A DNA stretch of 64,000 bases from an uncultured candidate division Zixibacteria bacterium (GCA_963664195.1 OY760907.1:2112001-2176000), one strand, 5' to 3'; numbered from the stretch's first letter, positions 9,117-18,742 are shown. Numbers and translations are program-made. The notes: generated by a model not told the origin, from the sequence alone.

Positions 9117-12100
9117 CTATTTAAGGAGCATCATCTTCTTTGTCTCAGTGTAGGTATCGGCACTGAGGCGGTAGAAGTACACTCCCGAGGCTGCCTGATC
9201 GCCGGAATTATCGCGGCCATCCCAGACAACCTGCGTCTCGCCAGCTTCAGCCTGACCGTTGAACGGCGTGGCAATCAAGCGACCGAGGACGTTGAACACC
9301 TCGACTTTCGCGTGGCCGGCCTGCGGCATAGCGAAACTGATCGTGGTGGTCGGGTTGAACGGGTTCGGATAGTTCTGGACCAGCGAGTATTCGGTAGGCA
9401 GGTTTGCACCCTTGCCGGCGGTCAGCGGACCAACTTCGATCCGGCTGCCGTTGTCAGCCATTGTGAACGTCTCGTTGGAGCGAACATCGTCGATCATCAG
9501 GTAGAACTCATCACCGGATACCACACCGTTGACTTCCTCTGAACCGTCGGCATAAACCGGCATGAAGCCGAACTTGCCGTCGGTGGAGAGTGTGAAGCTG
9601 CCGATCAGCTTATCGTTGTCAGCGGCATGGGCCGTGATTGTGGCGCCGGATGCAACCGTCTTGCCGTCGAGCGTGAGGGCCGAAGAGTACAGGTTGATCC
9701 AGTTTGTTGTCGTAACAACACCGGCATCACGAGAGTTGACCTTGCTGGTCTGCGAGGCCACGGAAGTCGCGAAGACCTCTCCGCCGCCGACCATGCCCGG
9801 ATACATCAGGGTGCCGTTGTCAGTTACCTTGACCCAGTAGCCGTTGCACGGATACAGGTCCGCAAGCGTATTGAAACCGCCGCCATCCGGACGGTAAAGC
9901 TGAATACCGAGGTCGGTGTCGAAACCGTAGGCAACGGTGAGCATGTCGTGTATGGAGGCCAGACCGAGGTCGGCTGTCATGTCGATTTCTGGCAAGTAGG
10001 AAACGAGGTTCCAGCCGGCAGTAACCGGGATCGGTGTCGTTTCCGGCACCGGCAGACCAACCGTGGTCAGTGTTACTTCGGCAACCTCGTCCTTCACGCG
10101 AATCCAGTAGCCACTCAGGTGGTCCACACGGTGAAGAGTCGAGAATTCCGGAAGTTCCGGATCGTAGGTCAGACCGCCCTGTTCGAAGCCAAGGACCACA
10201 TCGATATCAGCCATGATCGGGCCGAGGACGTCGAGGATGGCATCGGTGTCGGTATTGACATTCCAGCTGACAAGGTTCCAGCCGGATACGAGCGAGCATT
10301 CTTTTTCGGTCGTGCCGCGAACTTCGAGACATACCGCCATGTACTCGTCGTTGGTCGCAGGATACTCGGTGTTGCCCATGGCAACAGCCGGGAGTCCGTT
10401 GATAGTGAAGCTGATGATATCGCCGGTCATGGCACCGTTGTCGTCGAGGTCGCTGTTGCCGCGATAGACCGGCATGAAGCCGTACTTACCGCGTTCGATG
10501 ACGGTTTTCTGACCAACCAGCAGGCCGTCCTGCGTGTGGGCTTCGACTACCGCTCCGATCGGCAGCAAACCGCCGAAATACATGTTTTCGCCGCTTGGGC
10601 AGTAGTAGTCTACCCACTCGCTAGGCGTGACATACGGGTAATCCGGAATCGGATTGAGGACAATCATGATGCCCTTCTCGCCGAAGTTAATGTCTTCGAC
10701 AACACCCGGATAGTAACCATCCATGTAGGCGTACACATCGAACGGAACATTCATGATGCCGTCGAAGGCAAATGAACCGATGCCGGAGGAAGTGGTGCTC
10801 ATAGTGACATCGTCAATCGGGAAGTTGTCCCAGAGTTCGACGGTAGCGCCGACGATTTCGTTCATGTCAGGATCGACCACGTAACCGCAGACGAAGTTTG
10901 AGGCCGAACCAACAATGATGTTGCCCGGGATGTATTCAGGGATATCCGTCTCCGAGCCTTCACCGCAGTTGCGGGTGAAGGAGACGTCGGTGTCGGCATT
11001 GCAGGTGATGGCGTAAGTGCCGTCCTCGATTTCACACTCGAGCGTGAAGTAGAGGTTGGCCCAGAGCTGCTGCGAACCGATCGGGACGAGCGATTGCGTG
11101 CCCACGTTGGCCGTGATGCTTACCGCGTTCATGCCCCCGTCAATCGTGGCGACCTTGTCGTCGACATACTCGATAGCCGAACCGACGAAAGACACAGAGT
11201 CGAGCAGCACGCCCGGTCCCTGCCACTGGAGGCTTACTGAGAGTCCTTCAAGCTGACAGCTATTGGAGAAGACCACCGGCACGGCAACATTGTGCTGACC
11301 CGGTACGGCCGGAGTGTTGACCACGATAACCGTATCGGCACTCGGCGGACGGTAGACGGTCACGTTGGCGACCAGCATGATCTGCGATGTGCAGTCGACG
11401 CCTTCTTCAAGAGACGCACCGAGGATGACAGTCGTATCTGCATACGTGCCTTCGGTGTCAAACATGTGCGCGTAGGCAAATCCGACGGTGGCCGGGGTTT
11501 CGCCGGAGCCGGTGCCGAAAGCGAAGTAGTCAGTGGCGATCGTCGTGAACCCGAGTTCCTCGGGACGACTTGAAGTCAGAGCCAGGTTGCCATTCAGCTC
11601 GGCGGTTTCACCGGCGAATATCTGAATGTCAAATGCAGTGGCGTCTTCAGTCATGAGAACCGGGCATTCGTTGACGGTCAAATGGATTCTAACCCACATA
11701 TTCGGGTTCTCCGCGTCAGGAGCCTCGACCTTGATCGAGTCAAGATAGGTTCCCGGAGCGAGACCGGAGTACAAGGCGTTAACGGTGGCTGTACCCGGCG
11801 TCATGCCGGTAGTATCAGCAACGGAAATCCAGCCGGCACCCGGCGCGAGGAAGTACTCGATCGCCGTTCCGCCGACTTCGGTAATGTTAAAGGTCTGACC
11901 GTCGAGCGACGCGGCGCCCTGGTAGACCTCAAAATACAACTCGGCGGGGTCCACAGCCAGAATCTTGGCCGGTTCGACTACATCGAGATTGACGACAACA
12001 AACACCGGCTCAAGCTCTTCCGGTGCCAGAGTCTTCAGATTGGTCAGCGTACCTATGTTCGGCGCGATAGTGATCGTGTCCGTGTACGAACCGACCAGAA

Positions 12101-13739
12101 GACCCGCGATATCCACTTCGACAGTCACATCAGTCGGAGTAGTACCGGAGGTCGGGGTAGCGGAGAACCAGGTCGCATCTTCAGTGACTGTGAAGCCGAC
12201 GAGGCTGCCATCACTGACGGATACGTTAAAGGCCTTGGATGGCGGATTCGTCGTATTGACGATAGCCGTGAAGTCCAGCACGCCCGGTGTGACACGGAAG
12301 CCGTCGATGTCAGTCACTACTATAGTGATTGCCTCGTCAGCAGAAGCGTCGCCGTCGGTGACGGTGAACGTTACCGGGTAGTTGCCGGATTCCGTGTTGG
12401 TCGGAGTCCAGTCAAAGGTACCGGTGCCGTCTCCGTTGTCGACGAAGGTCGCGGTGCCCGGAAGAGTGCTGGTGGTCAGCGTCAAAGCGTCGTCGTCAAG
12501 ATCGGACGCCGTAACGGTGAAATTCAGGTTGGCTTCTTCGTCAACCATCTGATCGCCAATCGCGGTAAGTTCCGGAGCGCGGTTGACGTTGAACACTGTA
12601 ATGGTAATCGCTTCGTCGTCCGTCAGATCACCGTCAGAAGCCGTGAAAGTGATCGGGTAGGCTCCGGCCTGAGTGAAATCAGGGGTCCAGCTGAAGTCAG
12701 CGGTTCCGTTACCGTTGTCGACAAAGGTCGCTCCGGTCGGGAGAGTGCTTGACAGAATGTCCGGGACGGTAGCGTCAGGATCGCTGGCGGTCACGGTGAA
12801 CGCGATCAGCGTATTTTCGTCACCGCTCTTGTCGCCAATGGGATCCAGAACCGGTTCCTGGTTACCCTGGGTGACAATCAGGTTTACGTTGACCGTGGCT
12901 ACATTGCCGGCACCGTCGGAGGTCACATTGATCTGGGCCGGGTGAGTACCGACCCCAAGGCCTGTGGTACTGATGTCGACAGTTACTGTGCCGGGAGTCG
13001 AGTTCTCGGCATTGCCGAGAACAACCCAGTCTTCGGAGGCGGTGGCGCTATAGGCGATGGCGTCGTCGCTCGCTTCAGAGACCAGGAATGACTGCTGCGG
13101 AGCAGTGCCACCGATCTCAGCTTCGAAATTCAATACCGTAGGGTCAACCGCCAGTGTGCCGAGTTGCGGTGCATCAGGATCGCCCACGCAGTGGAGGCCG
13201 GCAAAGTACGGTTTGTATTCCACATTGGTGGCGTTATCCACGAAGCTGGTTATGGTGCTGCCACTGAAGACGATACTGTCAATGCAGATCGAATCAAGCA
13301 CAGACCAGTCGGAGAGGGTGAACTCATACGTTGCCAAATGCGTCCGACCCTCACCCGCAGCAATGCCGGGGCCGAACATGCGTGATGCACCGAACTGAAA
13401 GTATCGATAAGCATTGGAGCTATCAATATCGTTTTTGTAATAGAGGAATTTGAGGAAGTTAAATGCCGAGATGGCTTCGGGCGTCATTTCAGCATTGACC
13501 AACTGCAGATTGGGGTTATCCCACACAAATCCAATGCCTACAGAGGCAACATCGTTGGAATCGTTGAAGATGAACATATCCATGGTGAAAGTGGAATCAT
13601 CGCCGTTGACTGACGGCTGTGTTAACTCCACCAGAATGGAGTCACGTGCGCCCAGATCGGCCTCACTTTGTTGAGCAAACGCAGGTACACTCAACAGGGC
13701 GAACAGAAACGCAATGCAAAGGGTCGTTTTGAGATTCAT
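9117..13739 (-). CDS. Large T9SS-exported surface protein (cohesin-like x2, BACON-like, cadherin/Ig-like x2, FlgD-Ig/T9SS CTD)
   Basis: Signal peptide; tandem NxxPxLxxIGDxxxDE...FTVTASDxD repeats; LxVxPxxLxF...W repeats; QNYPNPFNP...WDGRD...SGVYFYRL...KKMMLLK; SD AGGAGG. Confidence 0.85.
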   Translation of the reverse strand: MNLKTTLCIAFLFALLSVPAFAQQSEADLGARDSILVELTQPSVNGDDSTFTMDMFIFNDSNDVASVGIGFVWDNPNLQLVNAEMTPEAISAFNFLKFLYYKNDIDSSNAYRYFQFGASRMFGPGIAAGEGRTHLATYEFTLSDWSVLDSICIDSIVFSGSTITSFVDNATNVEYKPYFAGLHCVGDPDAPQLGTLAVDPTVLNFEAEIGGTAPQQSFLVSEASDDAIAYSATASEDWVVLGNAENSTPGTVTVDISTTGLGVGTHPAQINVTSDGAGNVATVNVNLIVTQGNQEPVLDPIGDKSGDENTLIAFTVTASDPDATVPDILSSTLPTGATFVDNGNGTADFSWTPDFTQAGAYPITFTASDGDLTDDEAITITVFNVNRAPELTAIGDQMVDEEANLNFTVTASDLDDDALTLTTSTLPGTATFVDNGDGTGTFDWTPTNTESGNYPVTFTVTDGDASADEAITIVVTDIDGFRVTPGVLDFTAIVNTTNPPSKAFNVSVSDGSLVGFTVTEDATWFSATPTSGTTPTDVTVEVDIAGLLVGSYTDTITIAPNIGTLTNLKTLAPEELEPVFVVVNLDVVEPAKILAVDPAELYFEVYQGAASLDGQTFNITEVGGTAIEYFLAPGAGWISVADTTGMTPGTATVNALYSGLAPGTYLDSIKVEAPDAENPNMWVRIHLTVNECPVLMTEDATAFDIQIFAGETAELNGNLALTSSRPEELGFTTIATDYFAFGTGSGETPATVGFAYAHMFDTEGTYADTTVILGASLEEGVDCTSQIMLVANVTVYRPPSADTVIVVNTPAVPGQHNVAVPVVFSNSCQLEGLSVSLQWQGPGVLLDSVSFVGSAIEYVDDKVATIDGGMNAVSITANVGTQSLVPIGSQQLWANLYFTLECEIEDGTYAITCNADTDVSFTRNCGEGSETDIPEYIPGNIIVGSASNFVCGYVVDPDMNEIVGATVELWDNFPIDDVTMSTTSSGIGSFAFDGIMNVPFDVYAYMDGYYPGVVEDINFGEKGIMIVLNPIPDYPYVTPSEWVDYYCPSGENMYFGGLLPIGAVVEAHTQDGLLVGQKTVIERGKYGFMPVYRGNSDLDDNGAMTGDIISFTINGLPAVAMGNTEYPATNDEYMAVCLEVRGTTEKECSLVSGWNLVSWNVNTDTDAILDVLGPIMADIDVVLGFEQGGLTYDPELPEFSTLHRVDHLSGYWIRVKDEVAEVTLTTVGLPVPETTPIPVTAGWNLVSYLPEIDMTADLGLASIHDMLTVAYGFDTDLGIQLYRPDGGGFNTLADLYPCNGYWVKVTDNGTLMYPGMVGGGEVFATSVASQTSKVNSRDAGVVTTTNWINLYSSALTLDGKTVASGATITAHAADNDKLIGSFTLSTDGKFGFMPVYADGSEEVNGVVSGDEFYLMIDDVRSNETFTMADNGSRIEVGPLTAGKGANLPTEYSLVQNYPNPFNPTTTISFAMPQAGHAKVEVFNVLGRLIATPFNGQAEAGETQVVWDGRDNSGDQAASGVYFYRLSADTYTETKKMMLLK

Positions 13740-14081
13740 TCCGAAACAGACCTCCTGAACAGGTTTATAATCACTAATCTAAACTGTTTATCTTTTGCTT
13801 GTCATCGGCCCCAGACCGACTTCCCCCGGTAGGACAAACCAACCGGGTGTTATTATGGCCCGCCAATCCCTACAGCAGGACGGGACTCAAGCGCCGTATG
13901 TGCAAACCGGGCAGACATTAACTGCCACAGAAGTACTGATCTGCGGAGTAACCACTCCCCGATAGATCAAGACCCGGAGGTCCAGCGCCTCAATTAACCC
14001 ACAATTCGTTAGACCAAATGAAGTAACTGTGAATTTTCGCGGAAAAGATGTAACCCAGCTTTCCCTTTATCAACCGCTCCA

Positions 14082-14109
14082 AATATACGACAAACCGGTT
14101 GATTGTCAA
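14082..14109 (-). promoter_or_regulatory. sigma70-like promoter for the surface-protein pair
   Basis: TTGACA-N16-TATATT, about 340 nt upstream of ATG 13739. Confidence 0.55.
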
Positions 14110-14150
14110 GGTATTAAGGGTTTTTGGGCTTGTAGAAAAGCTGCACACCC

Positions 14151-14534
14151 TTAGTCGCTGGATGGCCTTATTCCGTTGTACCACAGTCTGATAGCCCCAA
14201 GAACCATGATGCCGCTCAAGATGTCCGTCAGAATATCGAAAATATCCCAGTGCCTTCCAGGCGTGTAGTATTGTACTAACTCATCCAGAAAGGAAAACAT
14301 GAGCATACAAATCAGCGTCGCGATGTAGGCGCCCCAACCGTTCCTGCGGGGAGGCAGATTGGAAAGAGAGCGAAAAGCAAGAAATGCGAACAGGGCGTAT
14401 TCGACGAAATGGGCGACCTTGTCGAAAGCCAGAAAGCGTATCTCCGGAGTCCTGAGATTAGGAATGGAGGATACCGTCAGGATCAGCGATCCGTAGAGAA
14501 TGACCGGCAGATGATACAGTAAGAATTTTTTCAT
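14151..14534 (-). CDS. VanZ family membrane protein
   Basis: DKVAHFVEYA...DELVQYYTPGR...DILTD signature. Confidence 0.88.
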   Translation of the reverse strand: MKKFLLYHLPVILYGSLILTVSSIPNLRTPEIRFLAFDKVAHFVEYALFAFLAFRSLSNLPPRRNGWGAYIATLICMLMFSFLDELVQYYTPGRHWDIFDILTDILSGIMVLGAIRLWYNGIRPSSD

Positions 14535-14715
14535 TTTGCACAAAGTCTGTCAGTTGTCTTGGCATGTGTACCGGATTGCCCTTCGGGTGTCAAGGAGTAT
14601 TACGTTTTCTCATCGAAGAGAACCCTGTTCTGTTTTTTTGTAGATTTCTGACGTGCAGTCTCCGTATATAGTGTCCAACATTATGCCAGATATCCCAAAT
14701 ACAGCCGGTTTTGGT

Positions 14716-15705
14716 ATGAACGCCAAGTTGCGCCGGGTAATCCTGACTTCTTTCGTCGGTGTCTCGGCGGGGGTGATTGGATTCATGTTCCTCGAGGACA
14801 TGGACCCGCTCTCGGCGCTTTATATGACGATCATAACGCTCTCGACCGTGGGGTTCGGCGAGGTCACCCCCTTGAGCACGGGCGGGCGAGTGTTTGTCAT
14901 ATTCTTGATCGTATTCGGCGTAGCGATAGCTGGTACGGTTGTTTCTTACATAAGTGAACAGGTGCTCGGGGGGGAGTTTAAGCACTTGGTGACGAGGAGA
15001 AAAATGCAAGCCAAGCTCAAGAAGATGTCCAACCACTACATAATCGCCGGCTTTGGCCGTGTGGGCCATGAGGTTGCGCGACAGTTTGTGGGAAAGAACG
15101 TGCCGTTCATCGTTGTCGAGAGAGACATTGCCTTGATCGATCTGGTCGTTGGCGAAGGTATGGTCCCCCTGGCCGGCGATGCAACCGACGACGACGTCCT
15201 GCTTGAGGCGGGAATCAAGCGTGCCCATACGCTGATTTCGACCCTTCCGGAAGAGGCCCAGAATGTCTATCTGACCCTCACGGCTCGTCACATGAACCCG
15301 GATTTGAACATCATTGCGCGTGCCGATTTCATCGAGGGCGAGAAGAAGTTGCTTCGGGCTGGCGCAAATCATGTTGTTATCCCGCACGTACTTGGCGGTG
15401 TTCGGATGGCCAAGGCGGCACTTCAGCCACACGTTGTTGATTTCATGGAAATGGCTACGGTCGGCGGGGAAGGCCTGATTGTCGAGGAGTTTTCAGTTCC
15501 CGAGGGATCCCCGCTGGCCAACCAGACATTGGCGGAGTCCAATCTGAAGCAGAGGTACGGGATAACGATTATCGGCATCAAGGAGCCGGGGGAGCGGATG
15601 GATATCAATCCGTCGGCCACAACATCGCTTAACCCACGGGATGTTCTGGTGCTAATCGGCCGGAGCGAGGACCTTGAGCAGCTGGGCAGGGATATGGAGG
15701 GTTAA
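14716..15705 (+). CDS. Potassium channel protein (2TM pore + TrkA-N/RCK_N + RCK_C)
   Basis: Selectivity filter STVGFGE, IIAGFGRVG, GDATDDDVL and an RCK_C domain. The start could also be 14683. Confidence 0.9.
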   Translation: MNAKLRRVILTSFVGVSAGVIGFMFLEDMDPLSALYMTIITLSTVGFGEVTPLSTGGRVFVIFLIVFGVAIAGTVVSYISEQVLGGEFKHLVTRRKMQAKLKKMSNHYIIAGFGRVGHEVARQFVGKNVPFIVVERDIALIDLVVGEGMVPLAGDATDDDVLLEAGIKRAHTLISTLPEEAQNVYLTLTARHMNPDLNIIARADFIEGEKKLLRAGANHVVIPHVLGGVRMAKAALQPHVVDFMEMATVGGEGLIVEEFSVPEGSPLANQTLAESNLKQRYGITIIGIKEPGERMDINPSATTSLNPRDVLVLIGRSEDLEQLGRDMEG

Positions 15706-16039
15706 CCTGCAGGCGACGCTCTCCGTGGATTTTGTCAACAACGTGGCAATCCGATCTATAATACCTTGCAAAACAGGGCGCAATTCTCTATCCTGTTAGA
15801 CTATTGCATTTTTCGGCAGCGGGTCCTCAAGGAGGACGCCGGAACATTGTGATAGTAGTATAAGCGGGCGGCAAAGATCGCCCTGAATAACACGATTGAG
15901 CGACCATCACGACAGGCGTTTGGAAACAGCCGATGAACATATGCCGGCGGGCGCAAGGAACACCGGTAGCCAGTATCATTGACCGGTAGAGAGGTCGCCA
16001 ACCAAAGGAGAGACTACGGACTGGTATCGTAGAACTCAC

Positions 16040-18562
16040 ATGACGGTTAAAACCACAAACGTGATTCCGGTCGGGATGCTGTTGGGTGTCATCATCGGCG
16101 CGGGACTCGGGTACTACAAACCCGAATGGATGCTTGCCATGGGTTTCATCGGCGAGCTGTTCGTGAACGCCCTTCGTATTATTGTTCTTCCGTTGATTGT
16201 CTCGACTATCATTGTCGGGATGGCGTCGCTCGGCGACCTTCGCAAACTCGGCCGCACCGGACTTCAGGTGCTCTACTACTTTCTGGCCACTTCGGTGGCG
16301 GCGGTTGTCATCGGATTGATTCTGGCCGTGGTTATCGGTCCCGGCCGTGGGCTTGAATTGACGGCGTCTCCGGTCGGGGCGCCGAACATCGGGACAATCG
16401 GGGGTATGCTGGGCAACTTGATCCCGGCCGATTTCATCAGATCCATTGCCACGGGGAGTTTCATTGGCCTGATAGTTTTCTCTCTAGTTTTCGGCTCTCT
16501 GGTGTCCACTCTCGGGCCTCGGGCCAGAGCGGTGGTGTCGTTCTTCAAGGAAGTGCGGGATGTTGTCCTGAAAATCACCTGGTTGCTGTTGTACGCAGCG
16601 CCGTTTGGTGTGCTCTTCCTGGTGGCAACCTCAGTAGCCTCGGGCCGCGGGAGTCTTCAGGAAATCGCTCCAGGAATGGGCCTGTTTGTCCTGACTCTTG
16701 TAATCGGGCTTCTGCTTCACGGTCTTCTGTTGGTGGTTTTAGGGGTGCGATATTTCGGAAATCAACCGGTTTTCGAGTTCATTCGCAATTTGGCTCCGGC
16801 TCTTTTCACTGCTATGGGGACTGCGTCTTCATCGGCTACGCTGCCGGTGACCTACGATTGCGTGGTGGATCAGAACCAGATCGGGCATCGGGCAGGTTCG
16901 TATGTGTTGCCGCTCGGTTCGGTAATAAATCTGAATGGCAGCGCATTGTACATCATTGTGGCCTCAGTCTTCATCGCCCAGGCCTACGGAGTTGATCTTG
17001 CCTGGTATCAGTTACTCGGGCTGGCGCTGGGCGCTTCCGTCATATCCATTGGGGCTGCCGGAACCCCGAACGGTGCGGCCTTCATGCTCCTTATGGTTAT
17101 GGGGGTGATCGGATTTCCGAACGAAGCCATGGTGGCCGGGTTTAGTTTGATATTTGTGCTTGATTGGCTGCTGGATCGTATGCGGACACCTATCAACGTT
17201 CTCGGTGACGCGGTGGGCGCCTCGGTTTTGAGTGAGAGTTTTGAATTGAAGACTGTCCGCCGGACCGGCTCAGACAGAAAGCCTGACCGGGGCCGTTCGT
17301 CTGACCGCGGCAGGAGACAGGACCGTGGGCGCTCGGCCGATCGTGGCCGAGGAGGCCGTCCGGATTCCCGCGACAGCCGCGGCGGTAGACCGGACCGTCG
17401 GGGAAGCGACCGTCGACCATCGGACCGGCGCGACACAGGCCGCAGGACCGAGTCACCGTCTTCGGGAGGACAGCGCGGCAGAACTGCCCGTCCGACCGAC
17501 TCACCGTTTGCGATAAGGGCTGCCGGTGACCCGTTGCTGGTGGAGGCGGCGCCTTCGGTCAAACCAGCCGAAGAGAATCAGCGCGGAGTTGACCGTCGCG
17601 GTCCGAAACGGGACGACAGTCAGCGCGGTGACTCAGACTCCTCCCAGAGGCGGGATGGTGCTCCCCAGGGCAGAGAACGTCGACAATCACGTCGCAAGCC
17701 CGATGAGAATTCTCCTCGCCGACGGTCCTCAGACCGTGCACATACGGATGAGCCGGTCGAGGCAGCTCCCGAAAAGAGAGAGCGCACGGCCGAGAGGTCA
17801 ACGGGACGTGGTCGTGACAGCCGCGGTCGTAGTGGTGACAGCCGTCGTCAGCCACCTCGGAAGGCGCCGATCGTAGCAGAAGAGCACGCCGAGATTGTCG
17901 AGGAACAGGTTGAAACGCAACCTCGTGCCGCTGAGCGATCCAGTCGTGGCCGTCTTAATCCGGCAACCGTCGCCCGGGAACTGGCAAAGGTCACGGCGCA
18001 ACTGAAGAGCGATGACTCCCCCGGGGAAACCGGACAGGCTGAGGAGACTCCGCGGCCGGAGCCGAGAAAGCCTGAGAGACAAGAGCGTGAACCGAAACAG
18101 GCAATCGAGCCTGAGGTTTCGGAGACGAAAGAAACCACCCCCGCGGCTGAAGAGAGTACGTCGGGATCGGATGCTCCAAGAGAGCCGCAACGACGCACCA
18201 TGCGTCACCGACGCGTCACGCGCAGACCGGCCGCAACTGCCAATAGAGAATCCAAAGAGGAGCCGGCAACGAGCGCTCCAGTGGCTGAGAAGCCTGTCGC
18301 TGAGAAGAAAGCGGCGGTCGAAGAAAAGCCGATCGTTGCGGAGAAATCGACAGAGAAATCGGTTGAGGAGCAGAAACCGAAAGCCGAATCAGAGGCGACG
18401 TCCGATACCCGGTTCGGCAGGAGCCGATCCAAGCGTCGTGGCGGATCAAAACCGGCCGCGCAAGCGCCGGTCGGACCGGCGAACGAGAAACCGGCAGTTG
18501 ATGTCAGCTACTCGACCGAGCAGGCCTCGTTCGGACGTAGCAAAAAGAAGCGAGTGCGATAA
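16040..18562 (+). CDS. Dicarboxylate/amino acid:cation symporter (DAACS/GltP family) fused to a ~440-aa low-complexity charged C-terminal tail
   Basis: ASSSATLP, INLNGSALY, IGAAGTP and DRMRTPINVLGD in aa 1-400, followed by an in-frame R/D/G/S- and E/P/K/A-rich tail. Confidence 0.88.
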   Translation: MTVKTTNVIPVGMLLGVIIGAGLGYYKPEWMLAMGFIGELFVNALRIIVLPLIVSTIIVGMASLGDLRKLGRTGLQVLYYFLATSVAAVVIGLILAVVIGPGRGLELTASPVGAPNIGTIGGMLGNLIPADFIRSIATGSFIGLIVFSLVFGSLVSTLGPRARAVVSFFKEVRDVVLKITWLLLYAAPFGVLFLVATSVASGRGSLQEIAPGMGLFVLTLVIGLLLHGLLLVVLGVRYFGNQPVFEFIRNLAPALFTAMGTASSSATLPVTYDCVVDQNQIGHRAGSYVLPLGSVINLNGSALYIIVASVFIAQAYGVDLAWYQLLGLALGASVISIGAAGTPNGAAFMLLMVMGVIGFPNEAMVAGFSLIFVLDWLLDRMRTPINVLGDAVGASVLSESFELKTVRRTGSDRKPDRGRSSDRGRRQDRGRSADRGRGGRPDSRDSRGGRPDRRGSDRRPSDRRDTGRRTESPSSGGQRGRTARPTDSPFAIRAAGDPLLVEAAPSVKPAEENQRGVDRRGPKRDDSQRGDSDSSQRRDGAPQGRERRQSRRKPDENSPRRRSSDRAHTDEPVEAAPEKRERTAERSTGRGRDSRGRSGDSRRQPPRKAPIVAEEHAEIVEEQVETQPRAAERSSRGRLNPATVARELAKVTAQLKSDDSPGETGQAEETPRPEPRKPERQEREPKQAIEPEVSETKETTPAAEESTSGSDAPREPQRRTMRHRRVTRRPAATANRESKEEPATSAPVAEKPVAEKKAAVEEKPIVAEKSTEKSVEEQKPKAESEATSDTRFGRSRSKRRGGSKPAAQAPVGPANEKPAVDVSYSTEQASFGRSKKKRVR

Positions 18563-18580
18563 GGCACGGTAGAATTCTGG

Positions 18581-18613
18581 CAGAGGGTCGGGCAGGTTGC
18601 CCGGCCCGTTCTG
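18581..18613 (+). terminator. Hairpin, possible terminator after the DAACS gene
   Basis: GGGTCGGGCA-GGT-TGCCCGGCCC followed by GTTCTGTCT; weak U-tail. Confidence 0.5.
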
Positions 18614-18742
18614 TCTGGGGTAACGAGTAGGAAGCTACCCGTTTTTTCGGAACTTTGCCGCGTGTGAATCGATATACTCAGTGAGGAAAGTTGTTGATTT
18701 TCCTTCGAGTTGAAACAATGATTTGCACAGGCGAAAAGCTCT

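Noticed and set aside
9627..12752. Long + strand ORFs (382 aa, 356 aa) opposite the 1540-aa surface protein
   Set aside because: Antisense open frames expected from biased codon usage; no recognisable motifs.
15960..16040. Glycine riboswitch (GGAGAGA seen)
   Set aside because: No downstream CCGAAG or CTCTCAGG elements.
18012..18572. 186-aa Arg-rich alternative-frame ORF in the transporter tail
   Set aside because: By-product of the low-complexity, purine-rich tail; the main frame is continuous and has better features.
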